From Paraspadella gotoi (Eukaryota > Animalia > Chaetognatha), in NCBI GenBank assembly GCA_051294375.1, contig CM119265.1, positions 26,852,517 to 26,916,216 of the forward strand: a stretch of 63,700 bases of DNA, in the 5' to 3' direction. Positions 1 through 63,700 of the stretch are shown here, piece by piece. The notes below the pieces were generated by a model. The model had not been told where the DNA came from. It saw nothing but the letters and a program-made list of their open reading frames with translations, and searched no databases. Each line of letters begins with the position of its first letter. Positions within the stretch are counted from its first letter, which is position 1. A program made the position numbers and the translations under genes.

Positions 1-595
1 AACGAAAAACTAATCTTTTTCTTTGAATAAATGAAAATAAGTGAACAACGTAATGTTCACCGATCGAGTATATTTAAGTGAGTGCGCCTTTCATTCAATT
101 TAAAAATGTTTATACAAGCGTTATTCCGTTTCAGGTACTTTAGTTTAGAAGTTGATAAACGAGAATGAGAGAGAGTCTTGCAGGTATCAGCTATGGTATT
201 ATCTTGTGGAAAAAGAAGGCATAGGTTAGCTTAGATAATTATTTTAAGGGTGGTACCATCACAGATATTGAAATCTCTGTCTACTTACTTAAATGGTACC
301 AATCTCATAAAATAAAATAAGGACATGAATGATGAATGATGGAATAAAATATTTAGTCAGGTCTTACTCCATCATGATCGATCTCTATCCTCGGACCTCC
401 TCATACTTTCGGCAACGCCCCCCCCTAATTTCGGGTCACATCGCTTTCCAGTTCCGGTTTGATCAGTCGCCACGCCCACTCATAATTTTTCCCGCAAAAA
501 AAAAACTTTTCTCGATCGACAAAGATCAATTTATTTTTAAGAAAGAAGCGAAGATCATGGCTTCCCTCTCTTTTATACGATTAACGCTTTTTGTT

Positions 596-709
<114 letters not shown>

Positions 710-869
710 CCCCAGGTGCGAGAGAGAGAAGATTAACCCTGATGAAAGGAATAGTCAACTTTATTTCATCACAATCACTTTCTGATAGGAATATCATAAA
801 AAAGTTTCGCAGAAAGTCAACATATTGATCTGGCATTCAGTCAGTCCGTCTGTCTGTTCATCTTCTCAC

Positions 870-61324
<60,455 letters not shown>

Positions 61325-61344
61325 CTGCGGAGTGGGGGGTGGAA

Positions 61345-61720
61345 GGGGGAGGACGTGGGATGTGGAGGAGGACGAGGATGTGGAGGAGGAATCAGGGGAC
61401 TGGGATGTGGAGAACGCGAGGGATGTGGGAGGAGGACGGGTGGGAGCATGTGGATGGGAGGCAGGACGAGGGATGTGGAGGACGACGAGGGATGTGGAGG
61501 AGGACGAGGGATGTGGAGGAGGACGTGGGATGTGTGGGAGGAACGTGGATGTGGAGGAGTGACCAGGAAGAGAGACGGATGTGGAGGAGGACGAGGGATG
61601 TGGAGAGACGTGGGATGTGGAGGAGGACGAGGATGTGTGAGGAGACGAGGGAATGTGGAGGAAGGGACGAGGGATGTGGGGAGGACGAGGGATGTGTTTG
61701 CGAGGAGGACGTGGGATGTG
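61345..61720 (+). repeat. ~21-bp degenerate tandem repeat (gggatgtggaggaggacga..)
   Basis: Tandem periodicity. Lies immediately upstream of the exon A acceptor on the gene strand. Confidence 0.9.
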
Positions 61721-63700
61721 AAAAGGTAGAAAGGAGGAAAGAAAAGGGAAAGAAGAAAAGGAGGAAGAAAAATGGAGACAAAAAGGGAAAAGGAAGGGAA
61801 CAAAAAGGTAGGAGGAAAAGGAGGAAAGAAAAGAAAATAGGAAGGAAGGAAAGGGAGTGAATTAAAAGAAAAAAAGGCAAGGAAGGAATAAAAAGGTAGA
61901 GTAAAAGGAGGAAAGAAAAAGAAATAGAAAAGGGAGGAAAGGGAGGGAAATTAGAAAAAGGGAAAAGGGAGAATAAAAAGCCAGAGAAAAGGAGAGAAAA
62001 AGAAAAATAGGAAAGGAAGGAAAGGGAGGGAATTAAAGAAAAAAGGGAAATGAGGAAAAAAAAGGTAAAGGGAGGGAAAGAAAAAATATGGAAAGTAGAG
62101 GCATAAAGAGAAGAGGAAAGGGTTGAAAGAAAGAAAGAGAAAAAGCCAGGAAAGAAAATTAATAAAAAAGGGGGAAAAAGAAAAATGAGAAAAGGAGAAG
62201 GAAAGTCAGAGATGAAAAAACGAACCTGAATTAATTAATTTTCACGCGACGAACGAATTTGATCAGAAAATTNNNNNNNNNNNNNNNNNNNNNNNNNGGA
62301 TGTGGAGGAGGACGTGGGATGTGGAGGGGGAGAGGAGGATGACGTTTGGGGAAACATGAGGCTGTCTGTATGTCTGTGAGTCTCTGCAAAAAGTGATTTG
62401 ATATACGGACAGATGGACGGAAAGTTTCTTCTCGTCAGGAGAGAAATCAAAAAGGAAAGAAGAAAAAATTAAAGGGAGGAAAGAAAAAAGAGAAAAGGGA
62501 GGAAATAAAAAAATAGGAAAGGGAGGAAATAAAAAAAAGAGGAAAGGGAGGAAATAAAAAAGGAAGAGGAAAAGGAGGAAAGAAAAAGAAAAAAGGTAAA
62601 AGGAGGAAATAAAAGGGAAAAGAAGAAAAGGAGGAAAGAAAAATGGAGACAAAAAAGGGAAAAGGAGGAACAAAAAGGTAGAGGAAAAGGAGGAAAGAAA
62701 AAGAAAATAGGAAAGGAAGGAAAGGGAGTGAATTAAAAGAAAAAAAGGANNNNNNNNNNAGGAGAAGGAAAGTCAAGAGATGAAAAAACAACCTGATTAA
62801 TTAATTTTCAGCGACGAAACGAAATTTGAAGAAAATTAGCGACGAATTTTCACTTAATTTTAAGAATTTTTTTTTTTTAAAGAAACAATTAAATTTGTTT
62901 GTTGAAAAAAAAAATGTGCCAAAGCTTTCTTGTCGTTAAATGAGACTAAAATCAACACATGTAATCAACTTTAAAATCACATTTTCACTTCCCTCTCTCC
63001 CCAAGCCTCACNNNNNNNNNNNNNNNNNNNNNNNNNNNNNNNNNNNNNNNNNNNNNNNNNNNNNNNNNNNNNNNNNNNNNNNNNNNNNNNNNNNNNNNNN
63101 NNNNNNNNNNNNNNNNNNNNNNNNNNNNNNNNNNNNNNNNNNNNNNNNNNNNNNNNNNNNNNNNNNNNNNNNNNNNNNNNNNNNNNNNNNNNNNNNNNNN
63201 NNNNNNNNNNNNNNNNNNNNNNNNNNNNNNNNNNNNNNNNNNNNNNNNNNNNNNNNNNNNNNNNNNNNNNNNNNNNNNNACTTTTCGGTCGGTCGGTCCG
63301 TCCGTCGGTCGGTCGGTCCGTCGGTATGTCTGTCCAATGGTCTGTCTCACTTACGTTAAAAATGCTCATAACTTGCATATAGTTGGTTGCTCATTTGTTA
63401 AAACAGGAAAAAACCTCAAATCTAAGGGACTGCTAGCGTCACCTTCAGGAAATAAAAGATAAAAGACAATTTCCGATGCAGTGCTTGTCATAAAGTTATG
63501 GTAGTCATTTCATGTCATGTCATAACATGTAATGTCATGTCATGTCACAAGAAACACGTGATTAGGCAGTCACTGCGGCGCAACACATTTGAATTGCCGT
63601 TCTTGTTTGAAAATAAATTAGATAATTAATTGTTAATGTATGTTTTTTTTTGTATGCATCTGTATCGTTAACTCGGTAATCTATATTCGGTAATCAATTC

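Noticed and set aside
340-480. Possible next neuroligin exon (xPN...WP.Y)
   Set aside because: There is no convincing acceptor or motif. The next exon probably lies outside the window.
739-775. Other CTGANGA hammerhead cores (739, 18278, 26471, 27366, 36392 rev, 50554 rev)
   Set aside because: They lack a stem II followed by GAAA and a cleavage triplet.
61327-61803. Pro/His-rich N-terminal extension of the neuroligin ORF
   Set aside because: It is a 21-bp tandem repeat upstream of a good acceptor (ccgcag|) and has no signal peptide, so it was treated as intron.

Overview
Eukaryotic (animal) genomic DNA from a noisy, gap-filled draft assembly. It is AT-rich and full of (GA)n/(CT)n and (GAC)n microsatellites, and most ORFs in the supplied track are low-complexity noise. 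Two real genes can be read. (1) A minus-strand, multi-exon neuroligin-like gene (non-catalytic carboxylesterase fold) spans essentially the whole window. I traced 11 coding exons with GT-AG junctions from 61324 down to 870, and the gene continues beyond both ends. The sequence looks most like lophotrochozoan/mollusc neuroligins, which is an inference from memory. (2) A plus-strand, 4-exon class-2 DYRK-like kinase is nested in a large neuroligin intron. It has a Pro-rich N-terminus, a NAPA-like motif, a DH box and HCDLKPEN. It lacks the activation-loop YxY, has DLG for DFG, and carries a 9-Cys metallothionein-like insert. Much of the window occurs 2-3 times: an inverted copy at 8.6-17.9 kb and direct copies at 31.3-39.7/39.7-48.2 kb, 18.1-19.5/24.2-25.9 kb and 45.7-52.7/55.2-60.1 kb. 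These copies mostly abut 25-N or 100-N gaps and differ mainly by 1-bp indels, so they are probably uncollapsed haplotypes or long-read gap-fill artefacts. Comparing the copies reveals three presence/absence insertions: a 2.1-kb TIR element with a 4-bp TSD, a ~610-bp hAT-like element and a Penelope-like inverted insertion. It also reveals a 42-bp minisatellite built from a neuroligin exon/splice-donor junction. No rRNA, tRNA or CRISPR arrays were found.
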